63,535 nucleotides of DNA from Methanobacteriota archaeon (lineage in GTDB: Archaea > Thermoplasmatota > Poseidoniia > Poseidoniales > Poseidoniaceae), in the NCBI GenBank assembly GCA_002710015.1, contig PAOW01000029.1, positions 39,009-102,543 on the forward strand, given 5' to 3'. Below, one piece after another: positions 46,901-55,439 of this stretch (its first letter is position 1; each line of letters starts with the position of its first letter). The notes under the pieces were generated by a model that made no database searches, was not told the origin of the DNA, and saw nothing but the letters and a program-made list of their open reading frames with translations. The translations under genes were made by a program, and so were the position numbers.

Positions 46901-48782
46901 TAAGGGTCTCAATTTTCCCGACAACAAAATCTGTGCCTCCAGTGCTGTGAACTACTGGCGAACTGGCTGTCAAGAAATTCAAATCCTCGATTTCAGTATT
47001 ATCTAGACTCAAACGTATCCCGTTTACAAACCCATTACCACCAGTTTGTGTCACCATGTTGTTACCGATCCACAGTGCTACTGTTTGCGCACCTATGCCC
47101 ATAGCACTAATTTTATCCACCGAAATCTCAAACGATTTTGCGTTCTTAGGGATTAATACGTTGTGCCAAGAGGTTGGGTTCAAACCAACATCAAATTCCA
47201 TCGAAGTATTTCCATCCAAAAATACGTCTTGATTGCCCCAAGTGCCTATTCCCGGCCCAGTTGCTGACCATTCATACAATCCATCACTGTCAATATCCAT
47301 CCGCGGCTTGAGAACCTCCTCACTAGGGAAGAGCTGAACCCCAATTTGGTCAACTTCCCAATCCCCTGAGCCAGAGTATTGGATTTGAATTCTAGAAGCA
47401 GCAATATCAAGTTCGGTTATGGCAGATGTCTGATTTATCGCCATCCAGTTGCCATCATCAATCGAGACTGATGTGATGATATTAGTTTCTGAGGGAGTAT
47501 CAAACTTGTAAGCTGTGAAAGGCATATCAATATCGTAAACAGGTGAAGTAATAACTGAATTTGAATTACCAACAATTCGTTTTGAATCCTCATTCCAAGT
47601 TGAATTCTTCAAAACCCAGCCGTTGTCGGAAACATCTGTGTGGAAACTTTGTTGAATTTTGCCACCCCCAGATATCGAATAAAGTCTAGGAGATTCGCCA
47701 AGAAGATTAGAACTGAATTCCAACCTTAATCTCAACGAGTCGTGGATATTCCAATCGACTGATGAAAGGTCGACCCATTGACCTGTACGATTTACAAGCC
47801 CCGGTATTTCTATCCCTGAATCTGCATCTATGACAGTCCAATTCAAGCTTGATTTTTCAGGTATTAATGCATCAAGGTATATCGGTGGATATTTTCCCTC
47901 ATCAATTCTATCGTCTGCGAGATTTGACCAGCCGAAGGATCTCGTAGTCAGCGTTGCGCCGGTGGTCCCAGGTACTACAATATCGTCAAAGAACCAATAA
48001 TCGCAACAAGTGCCAGAGCCTTGGGTTTGCCTAGCCCTTATCTGAAAATCTGCGTGGTATGCATTGGCTGGCAAATTGTAATTTACGTTTGTTACAGACC
48101 CCCCCGAGGTGGACCCTTGCAAATATTGAATCTGTGACCAACCATTGTTAGCATTCTTGTATTCAAGATAAAAGTCCTCATTGAGATCTGGTTCCTCACC
48201 GCAACCATAATTCCCCTGTCTAATCCAGGCATTTAGGGTCAAACCTTGGAATCCAGCTAGGTTACTTACGGGGCTAGTTACACTCACAGAACCTCCTCTT
48301 GTCCACCAACTTGCACCACTAGCACCGCTCATTCCGCAAGTTGATGCTGTGTTGTGTTGAGCAAAGTTAGTATTGGATGTAGTCCAACCGTCCGTACCGT
48401 TATCAAAGTCGTAATTTATACCTTGAAATCCAAGTATTAACGACCCATCATTTTCTTCAATTAACCCCTGTGATTGGAATTCGGGAAGACTCCAATCTGA
48501 CCAAGAGAAGCCGGTGTCTCGATAGCCTTTGTTAGGTTCCACCGAAAATGTGATCGTCTGGAGTGCATGGTCGCTTGGCATTTCCAAACTAGGGCCGATT
48601 CCAATTGAATCAGCATATGGTATTGTTACGATTGTAGAATTTTGATTGGAAGACAATTTTTCAATGGTAAAATCTTCTCCTAAATTTATAGAATCGTCGT
48701 GAAAAAGTTGAGATAGCGGTCCAGACAATACAAACAGGATGCTCAGCGCCAAGGCCTTAGCACCAGTAGTCAACCTCGCCAT
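43932..48782 (-). CDS. giant (~1616 aa) secreted surface protein with C-terminal TM anchor
   Basis: The track start 48803 is TTG. ATG 48782 gives the signal peptide MARLTTGAKALALSILFVLSGPL. An N-terminal lectin/MAM-like module follows (YDFDNGTDGWTTSN ... CCDYWFFDDIVV). C-terminal helix WILGITILMLCVGLVFILAW is followed by an acidic tail ending DWELDDEELEF. Confidence 0.8.
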   Translation of the reverse strand: MARLTTGAKALALSILFVLSGPLSQLFHDDSINLGEDFTIEKLSSNQNSTIVTIPYADSIGIGPSLEMPSDHALQTITFSVEPNKGYRDTGFSWSDWSLPEFQSQGLIEENDGSLILGFQGINYDFDNGTDGWTTSNTNFAQHNTASTCGMSGASGASWWTRGGSVSVTSPVSNLAGFQGLTLNAWIRQGNYGCGEEPDLNEDFYLEYKNANNGWSQIQYLQGSTSGGSVTNVNYNLPANAYHADFQIRARQTQGSGTCCDYWFFDDIVVPGTTGATLTTRSFGWSNLADDRIDEGKYPPIYLDALIPEKSSLNWTVIDADSGIEIPGLVNRTGQWVDLSSVDWNIHDSLRLRLEFSSNLLGESPRLYSISGGGKIQQSFHTDVSDNGWVLKNSTWNEDSKRIVGNSNSVITSPVYDIDMPFTAYKFDTPSETNIITSVSIDDGNWMAINQTSAITELDIAASRIQIQYSGSGDWEVDQIGVQLFPSEEVLKPRMDIDSDGLYEWSATGPGIGTWGNQDVFLDGNTSMEFDVGLNPTSWHNVLIPKNAKSFEISVDKISAMGIGAQTVALWIGNNMVTQTGGNGFVNGIRLSLDNTEIEDLNFLTASSPVVHSTGGTDFVVGKIETLTDAGKYRLGGLTIAYDAGEVVTATAIDEQVLAMNRARMDVSKSSNLPLLFTASSPCEILVDIITFSSSGNIAMGALTWGNYSQTLTPSENWRELTTRAEIHQSSPHRLILNLYTNSDAAMWFLPILGGSVISTGIDDSLTFESGISQNVSGDIHEIKTRFRLSQHFDDQQYLRLESRIQLANGVVSMPLIETWSSQATDNDMLIQSMQISSERGIVSQNDDYLMAADNLSFEIDIGFESGDLSEKPYPGEYILELLRNDVVIANTSEYEGEIWYVNTTTPFTSGNITYSARLTPLAGGGLGNPSQVDRLFVIDPLSPVVTGANIRHYDHKVSSSAQEIIINITDQPTLPTDVTLMLWTEWANDYNGDGLPSAGEYIPRTLTLPSNLSSPYGSYYTFIDDSSAFPGEKVAGYVIGQDPSGYPVIGGGSEMVEDHLFMYQIMADGFPEIEEDGFQWVDDRRAWLHPGQSYGLNISFTERNGISDLDKIQLMLADNFQSDKLLLIWDSELNNCVSETHHIEIKSCKINDRNGQTPDPYQTELVLNLVIEPQWTLPDLGDFRREPAVLLIDRAGNEDITTFPQNRWRFSSEMMILDNTSLWVENGVLLSDGARVSPGSPMELSGQLTFVRSMEIPQFDCEVDTRLNGIKSSALAVNGIFTASMYAPITSGHHALTWNIECMPEQGIDMTSSTTSVKWILVDSVGPQVVEFISPRESSILSVGEHDVRVVISENYGIDSDSVEMIWWVTVQGDNSPITSGSTDLTLDGNDSIGLRLEFVGSIDLSDISPEFLQEQLILKTRFEGRDVAGNAFETSQNSNSYPASSWKLEHYIPDFSIEMSGVELSKSSLEVDEPTVVQIYVRNDGKLGGDAEVLVEVVSLSGERNQLAKSSIYVDAESLGTLVVDWKPNAPGIQRIEVTVGEEVSQSAFVDVKPTQEEAFLEDSLGSTNPWILGITILMLCVGLVFILAWMRTATMRHRESEIDWELDDEELEF

Positions 48783-48893
48783 GCATGCAGTGGATAAACT
48801 CAAGGTAATTCAAAGCAACCCCTGCTTTAAATCACAAATAATACCACTTTTTTGATAATTTATTGAGAATTTTTCAAACGACTGTTTGAAGAC

Positions 48894-51800
48894 ATGGTAT
48901 CGTTTGGGAATGCTATGGCGACACCTAAAACAACTGTTGAACTTGATTCAGTTGCTTTGGAGAATGATTTATTGTCCGTTTGGAGCAGTGAAAAACTATT
49001 CGAAAAAACGGTTGATAACAGGTCAAATGGTGAACCATTTATCTTCCTAGAAGGGCCTCCCACAGCCAACGGTAAACCTGGAATTCACCACGTTGTAGCA
49101 AGGACATACAAAGATCTTGTTTGCAGATGGAAAACAATGCAGGGGAACTTTGTAGAGAGAAAAGGTGGATGGGATACGCACGGACTACCGGTAGAAATCG
49201 AGGTGCAGAAGAGACTTGACCTGATGAGCAATGAAGCTATCGAACAATTTGGCATGGAAAATTTCAACAAAGAATGCAGAGAGTCTGTCTGGACTTATGA
49301 GGCTGCTTGGAGAGAAATGACTGAGAGAATGGCTTATTGGTGTGATCTGGATGATCCATATGTAACACTGCACAACGAATATATCGAATCGTGCTGGTGG
49401 GCTCTCAAGCAGATGTTCGACAAAGGATTGCTTTACAGAGGCTACAAAGTTCTGCCTTACTGTCCACAAACAGGAACTTCATATTCAAGCCATGAAGTCG
49501 CATTGGGCTACAAAGAAGTTGAGGAACCATCGGTTTATGTGAAATTCAAACTTGAGGACTCAGACGCATCAATTCTAGCATGGACCACAACTCCATGGAC
49601 TCTTCCGGGAAACGTAGGATTAGCTGTGGGTCCAGATGTGGAATACATCAAAGTCAAGGTGATGAAAGAACCTGAAAAATGGGAAGGTCATGGTGGAGCC
49701 GAGGTTGGTGAAGAGTTAATACTTGCAAAAGACCTCTACAAAGAAGTGATTAGGCATCACTGCGAAATTATCGATTCCTTCTCGGGTAGTGAACTAATAG
49801 GTCGCTCATATGAACCCCTATTTCCTGGAGCAGTTGACAGAGGAGAATCTGAAACTGCATGGACGGTTATTGGAGCGGATTGGGTAACTACAACTGACGG
49901 AACTGGTGTTGTCCACACTGCTGTTATGTACGGTGAAGATGACTACAACCTCGGAATGGAAGTAGGTTTACCAGCACAGCATACTGTGGGTATGGATGGC
50001 AACTTTTTAGAGGGGACTCACAGCGAATTGGATGGAAAATACGTAAAGGACTGTGACGATAGTATAATTCAGTTGATGCATGAAAGCGGACTTTTGTATC
50101 GCGAAAAGATGTATCTCCACGATTATCCACATTGCTGGAGAACAGGTCATCCACTACTCTACTATGCTATGGATTCGTGGTTCGTAAAGATGACTGCTGT
50201 CAAAGAACAGTTACTCAAATTCAATTCAGAAGTTGAATGGGCACCTGATTGGGTAGGCCAGAAGCGATTCGGTGAATGGCTAAGGAATGTGAAAGATTGG
50301 GCAATTAGTCGAGAAAGATATTGGGGGACTCCTTTACCAGTTTGGATTTGTAACGAATGTGGACTTCAACATTGCATTGGTTCGGTAGAAGAAATGGTAT
50401 CGATGGCGAAAGAGGGTACAAAAATATCTGAAGATTTACACAGGCCATTTGTTGATGATACAATCCTAAAATGTCCTACTTGCAGTGGAGATATGAAAAG
50501 AGAGCCATTCGTTATGGATTGCTGGTTTGATTCAGGATGTGCCTCCTTTGCACAATGGCACCACCCATTTGGAGAGGAGGGGAAATTCGAAAATAACTTC
50601 CCAATCGATTACATCTGTGAAGGTGTTGACCAGACAAGGGGTTGGTTTTACACACTGCTAGCAGTAAGCACAACTGTCTTCGATTCCATTTGTTACAAAA
50701 GGTGTTTATCATTAGGCTTGATATTAGATGCTGAAGGCAAGAAAATGTCAAAATCCAAAGGTAACATTGTCGATCCTTGGGACCATTTCAATCGTGAAGG
50801 TGCTGATGCTACAAGATGGTATATGGTCACAGCAGGAGCTCCGTGGAATCCGTTAAAATTCGATCCAAATGGAGTAAGGGAAACTTATGGAAAGATGTTC
50901 CTTACACTCTGGAACGTACACAGGTTCCATGCAGATTATGCCGCTCTTGATGGCTTTGACCCTGAATCCTCAAAACCCGGAATCAAAACTCCTTTGGACA
51001 ACTGGATTCTATCTAGACTAGCCCAAGTTGTTGACTCAACATCAAATCAATTTGAAGAATGGGATTTCCACAAAGCATGTAGAGACATTGAAGAATTCGT
51101 CGTTAACGACTTGTCTAATTGGTATGTTAGGAGATCCAGAAGAAGACTTTGGGACGAGGCAGATAGTAATGACAAGCTGAGTTGTCAGCACACCCTGCAC
51201 GAAGTTTTGGTCACCGTGTGCAAATTAATTGCTCCTGTATCCCCATTCATGTCGGATTCTATCTTCAGAAACCTAACTGGAACATCTGTCCACCTTGCAG
51301 ACTGGCCTGAGAGTAAGCCTGTCGATAGCGATTTGATTCAAACCATGGAATTGGTTAGAGAACTTGCTGAAACTGGAAGAAAAATCCGAGTTGATGCAGA
51401 CAGAAGGCAGAGACTTCCATGCCAAGAAGGTTGGATAGTTAGTGGACCTGATTTATCAGATTTCCATGACATCCTTGCAGAGGAGTTGAACGTGGAAACG
51501 ATTTCTTTAGAAGAAGATCTAGACCGTTTCCAAAAGGTAGAAGTCGTGCCAAACAGAAGAACCTTAGGGGCAAAATGCAGACAAGATTTGCCTGCAGTTT
51601 TGGAAGGTATTCAGTCTGATGACAGCGAAGCCATACTCTCTAGCATCGAAGCAGGTAATTTGACCATCGCTGGATATGAAATTACAACCGAGGACATTGA
51701 ACTTCGCAGGGTTGAGAGAGAGGGATATGCTGCTCAAACAATACAGATGGCAGAAAACTCTGTGTCTTTGGTATTGGACATGACAGATACACCTGAATTG

Positions 51801-52052
51801 TTATCCAAGGGGTTGGCCCGAGATATCACAAGAAGAATCCAATCTACTAGAAAAGATATGAATCTGGAGATTGAGGATTCCATAACATTAGAGATATGGA
51901 TGAAGGATGCTCCGGAACTGTTTGAGGAAGATAAAGCTTGGATCTTAAATGAAACAAGGGCTAAAAGCGCTAATTTCAACTTGACTGCAGGCGAAGGTGA
52001 CTGCTTCGAGGTAGACGGTTCCACGATCTGGTATAATGTAGAGAGGGTCTGA
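48894..52052 (+). CDS. ileS: isoleucyl-tRNA synthetase
   Basis: PPTANGKPGIHHV (HIGH), KMSKSKGN (KMSKS), a Zn-binding-type Cys cluster CNECG..CPTCSG, 1052 aa. Alternative start at ATG 48915. Confidence 0.95.
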   Translation: MVSFGNAMATPKTTVELDSVALENDLLSVWSSEKLFEKTVDNRSNGEPFIFLEGPPTANGKPGIHHVVARTYKDLVCRWKTMQGNFVERKGGWDTHGLPVEIEVQKRLDLMSNEAIEQFGMENFNKECRESVWTYEAAWREMTERMAYWCDLDDPYVTLHNEYIESCWWALKQMFDKGLLYRGYKVLPYCPQTGTSYSSHEVALGYKEVEEPSVYVKFKLEDSDASILAWTTTPWTLPGNVGLAVGPDVEYIKVKVMKEPEKWEGHGGAEVGEELILAKDLYKEVIRHHCEIIDSFSGSELIGRSYEPLFPGAVDRGESETAWTVIGADWVTTTDGTGVVHTAVMYGEDDYNLGMEVGLPAQHTVGMDGNFLEGTHSELDGKYVKDCDDSIIQLMHESGLLYREKMYLHDYPHCWRTGHPLLYYAMDSWFVKMTAVKEQLLKFNSEVEWAPDWVGQKRFGEWLRNVKDWAISRERYWGTPLPVWICNECGLQHCIGSVEEMVSMAKEGTKISEDLHRPFVDDTILKCPTCSGDMKREPFVMDCWFDSGCASFAQWHHPFGEEGKFENNFPIDYICEGVDQTRGWFYTLLAVSTTVFDSICYKRCLSLGLILDAEGKKMSKSKGNIVDPWDHFNREGADATRWYMVTAGAPWNPLKFDPNGVRETYGKMFLTLWNVHRFHADYAALDGFDPESSKPGIKTPLDNWILSRLAQVVDSTSNQFEEWDFHKACRDIEEFVVNDLSNWYVRRSRRRLWDEADSNDKLSCQHTLHEVLVTVCKLIAPVSPFMSDSIFRNLTGTSVHLADWPESKPVDSDLIQTMELVRELAETGRKIRVDADRRQRLPCQEGWIVSGPDLSDFHDILAEELNVETISLEEDLDRFQKVEVVPNRRTLGAKCRQDLPAVLEGIQSDDSEAILSSIEAGNLTIAGYEITTEDIELRRVEREGYAAQTIQMAENSVSLVLDMTDTPELLSKGLARDITRRIQSTRKDMNLEIEDSITLEIWMKDAPELFEEDKAWILNETRAKSANFNLTAGEGDCFEVDGSTIWYNVERV

Positions 52053-52053
52053 A

Positions 52054-53442
52054 ATGAGGATTAGATTTGCTATATTAATTGCATTATCAACCATACTTGC
52101 TGGTTGCTTTGGTGATGGTGATAATGAACTGATGAAAGAAGATGTTCAGACGCCTATATGGACAGATTATCAGATGGTTGATCCAATACCCGCAATCTCC
52201 CCATGGGAGTTCACTACCATTGACCTAAACCTAAACGAAAGCACAATGACGTCATGGGCAGTTTTCGACAAGAATTACGGGGGAAACTGCTGTGAACATT
52301 ACATTGCTACTTCCATCAACGGGACGATTCTTAACATAGGTGGCGAATATCCTGTTTGGTCTCATGACAGAGGGCATGAATGGGATACTTACATCCCCGG
52401 AGTGTTTACTGATTCTATGTGTAGAACGCCTGTTCCAACCAACCCCGGCCAAGAAGGTCTTGGTGAGGGAAGCATAGTTCAAGCTACAAACGGCGATATA
52501 ATCTCAATGTCTTGGTTCCCTTACATCGGCGCTGATGGGAAATTAGACAAATTCTATGCTATACTCTACGACGAGTCTGAAGATGAATGGTCTTGGTGTT
52601 ATAATCGCTTGACTGAGCCATTCTATGACCGTTCGTGGCAAGTCGAGGTTGTTGGACCAATTTCATCTAACATAGGTAGTGGAGAATGGGCTAGTTTAGT
52701 GGTGTCAAACTTCTGGCACCAGACTCAAAATGCGGGTGGACAGATAAGTGTAGACGGACTGAATTACTACAACTTCCAATTTGCTGGCAGAACCAGTAAC
52801 CAAGACTCGATTGAAGTAGATTTGAACTTCTCTGGTTTGCCCGAATACTATGACGTAAACAAGCCTCACAAGGAAATGAGAGCATTCCCTGTTCCAACAG
52901 GTGGCTTGTATTTCCCGCAATATTTCAGCGATGGAACATCTGCCTTCTTGGATACATCACTCAATTGGAATAAGCATGAAGCGATATTCCCAAGCGAATA
53001 CTGCCAGATAGACTCCACTGGAGCGATACATTGCGTCAGCCTTTCAGGAACAACATTCACCCACCACCTATCATACGATGGAGGCTCGTCATGGGCTACT
53101 CAGAATTACACAGATGAAAGCTGGGCTGCAATTGAGGAATGGGAATTCCAAGCGAATGGAAATTTGGATCTATTTGTGCTAAACGTTCGATATCAATCTT
53201 CTGAAGGTCCTGATGTTGATGTCCTATTCCATGTCAGAGATTATTCAGAATCGATGTCACCTGATACCTTAACTTACATCGGTCAAGGTGATTTGGATTC
53301 AACAAGCGGAGCAGGAAATGACATTCGATTTGACTTTGCATCCCTTGCCATACTAAATGATGGAGGCGTTGTTGTAGCATACCACGACTCTACGGATCCA
53401 GACCCGCTGTTCGCAGTTGAGGTTGAAATGCCGATTTATTGA
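52054..53442 (+). CDS. putative lipoprotein, beta-propeller-like with one Asp-box (BNR) motif
   Basis: MRIRFAILIALSTILAGCFG lipobox-type signal. SYDGGSSW is an Asp-box. Starts 1 nt after the ileS stop. Function unknown. Confidence 0.55.
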   Translation: MRIRFAILIALSTILAGCFGDGDNELMKEDVQTPIWTDYQMVDPIPAISPWEFTTIDLNLNESTMTSWAVFDKNYGGNCCEHYIATSINGTILNIGGEYPVWSHDRGHEWDTYIPGVFTDSMCRTPVPTNPGQEGLGEGSIVQATNGDIISMSWFPYIGADGKLDKFYAILYDESEDEWSWCYNRLTEPFYDRSWQVEVVGPISSNIGSGEWASLVVSNFWHQTQNAGGQISVDGLNYYNFQFAGRTSNQDSIEVDLNFSGLPEYYDVNKPHKEMRAFPVPTGGLYFPQYFSDGTSAFLDTSLNWNKHEAIFPSEYCQIDSTGAIHCVSLSGTTFTHHLSYDGGSSWATQNYTDESWAAIEEWEFQANGNLDLFVLNVRYQSSEGPDVDVLFHVRDYSESMSPDTLTYIGQGDLDSTSGAGNDIRFDFASLAILNDGGVVVAYHDSTDPDPLFAVEVEMPIY

Positions 53443-53510
53443 TTAATTCAGTAAATCTTCATTGATTCAACTCTCCGACCCTTATATTCAAAAACCCTTG
53501 ACAATCAAAA

Positions 53511-55439
53511 ATGATTATGGTTTTGAAATCTATACCAGGAATTGGGGCTGGTTTAGCTAGAAAACTTACCGACCATTTTGGTAACGAAGACAAAGTTTTG
53601 CAACTTCTTGCCGATGGGCAAACTGAAGTTATTGCAGAGGTTGATGGTGTTTCTCTCAAGCGAGCAGACAATTTAGCAAGGGCAATGAGTGGCATGGATG
53701 GGTTCCTTGCTACTCCTGAAGCGGTAAGACTGCACAAAGAGCTGGTGGCATCAATATCCGCACATGCCCTAAACGCAGCGACTCGATCTAGATTGAGAAA
53801 TCTGATGCCTACTAGGAATATAGAGCAGAGAAGGAAACTCATTGTAGATGCAATGAATTGTGACTATGTGTTCAACGGGTTAAAAATTCCAACTGACGTG
53901 GACAAAAATTACGATAGAGTTGTAGTTTCGAAAACCCCCATTGAGGAACTGAAAAGATTCTGCAGAGTCTTGACACCCTCCGAACAGGAAACATGGCAAG
54001 ATTATCGAGTCTTCAAATCGGTAACTTGGGTTGGAGGAGACGGCCCCAGTCAAACACCAGAAGGGTGGCTAATCGTCCCAGAATCAAGTGATGTTGACAT
54101 GATCCTACCTGAGAAGTGTGTAGGATGGTTTCAACACAATAAGGAATCGATCGAGCTTTTGACAGATCTACCTCAAGGCGAGGGTTTTGCAAAGAACTTT
54201 GATGAACTTAGAATGCCTCACCTGAGAGAATTATTAGATGAAATGGCAAACGAATCTGATGCTGAAGAAATCGCTGATGTGAGAGATAGATTATGGCCAA
54301 CGGCAAAGGAATTAGAAAAGAAAATACATGAGCAAGTTGACCAAGCGATGCAAAATGTGAACCTAGACTTATCTGGTGCTGACATGTTACAAGCACTAGC
54401 GGATGCAGCCTCCCTGCAGCGGAAATTAGCCCAACGAACTAGCGACTCGATTGAACAGGCTATCGAATCAGCCACTGACGAAATTGCCAATCTACTCAGC
54501 ACCGTCGGAGTCAGATGCCCCCGTAATGTGTTCAAAACCGAATGGCCAACCAAGGTTGACAGGACTGTCTTAGACAGCATCGATTCACAACTAGAAGAGC
54601 TCTACAAAACAACAAAATCTGATAGACTAATATCTCTTTCAAGAAGGCTTGCACCACTGAAGAAAAAGTGTGAAAACTCATTGAGGAAGTTGATTGAATT
54701 AGACCAGTGGTTAACAATCGGTAGATGGGCAAATTCAGTGAATGCAGTAATGCCAGAAATGTGCAACCACGGAATTTCAATCAAATCTGGAAGACACCTA
54801 TTAATCGATGGTGAAGCTGACCCTGTTGACTATGGGCTTGGAAATTGTGCTGGTAAGGGTGACAACCAGTCAGTAGCCCTACTCACTGGAGCTAATAGTG
54901 GTGGAAAAACCACGATGTTAGAACTGCTAGCACATTGCACAATTCTAGCACATATGGGATTACCAGTTCCGGCTAAATCTGCCAAGGTCGGCAGAATTGA
55001 ATCTATTCATGTCCTTGCAAAAGCAGGGGGAACACAATCTGCTGGTGCGCTCGAACAAACCTTACTCCAGCTGGCTGAAGTTGTATCCAACACTGATTCA
55101 AAGCTCATTTTGGCAGACGAGTTAGAAGCAATCACAGAGCCGGGAGCAGGAGCTAGAATCATTGCAGGAATGCTCGAAGCAGCAGAATCACATGATGCTA
55201 CTTGCATGCTTTTAGTGACACATCTTGCACCTGCTATCATAGAAGCTGCTGGAAAAGAGTTGCGAACAGACGGAATTGAAGCAAGAGGTTTGGATGAGAA
55301 TCTAGAATTAATTGTTGACAGAACTCCAAGAAGAAACCATCTTGCTAAATCCACACCCGAACTAATTGTTAGAAGGCTGGTTGAGAGATCGGAAGGTGAC
55401 GCAAAATCTGTCTTTAAGTCGATATTGACTAGATTCTGA
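53511..55439 (+). CDS. MutS-related ATPase (archaeal MutS2/MutS5-like) with N-terminal helix-hairpin-helix
   Basis: N-terminal SIPGIGAGLARKL (HhH), Walker A LTGANSGGKTTMLE, Walker B LILADELEAITEPGAG, and THL. I see no mismatch-recognition domain and no Smr domain. Confidence 0.75.
   Translation: MIMVLKSIPGIGAGLARKLTDHFGNEDKVLQLLADGQTEVIAEVDGVSLKRADNLARAMSGMDGFLATPEAVRLHKELVASISAHALNAATRSRLRNLMPTRNIEQRRKLIVDAMNCDYVFNGLKIPTDVDKNYDRVVVSKTPIEELKRFCRVLTPSEQETWQDYRVFKSVTWVGGDGPSQTPEGWLIVPESSDVDMILPEKCVGWFQHNKESIELLTDLPQGEGFAKNFDELRMPHLRELLDEMANESDAEEIADVRDRLWPTAKELEKKIHEQVDQAMQNVNLDLSGADMLQALADAASLQRKLAQRTSDSIEQAIESATDEIANLLSTVGVRCPRNVFKTEWPTKVDRTVLDSIDSQLEELYKTTKSDRLISLSRRLAPLKKKCENSLRKLIELDQWLTIGRWANSVNAVMPEMCNHGISIKSGRHLLIDGEADPVDYGLGNCAGKGDNQSVALLTGANSGGKTTMLELLAHCTILAHMGLPVPAKSAKVGRIESIHVLAKAGGTQSAGALEQTLLQLAEVVSNTDSKLILADELEAITEPGAGARIIAGMLEAAESHDATCMLLVTHLAPAIIEAAGKELRTDGIEARGLDENLELIVDRTPRRNHLAKSTPELIVRRLVERSEGDAKSVFKSILTRF

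Noticed and set aside
54208-54784. Cluster of short minus-strand ORFs inside the MutS-like gene, with similar cases inside ileS, the S15 peptidase and the LTD-amidohydrolase gene
   Set aside because: These are shadow frames of long, motif-supported ORFs. No independent evidence supports them.
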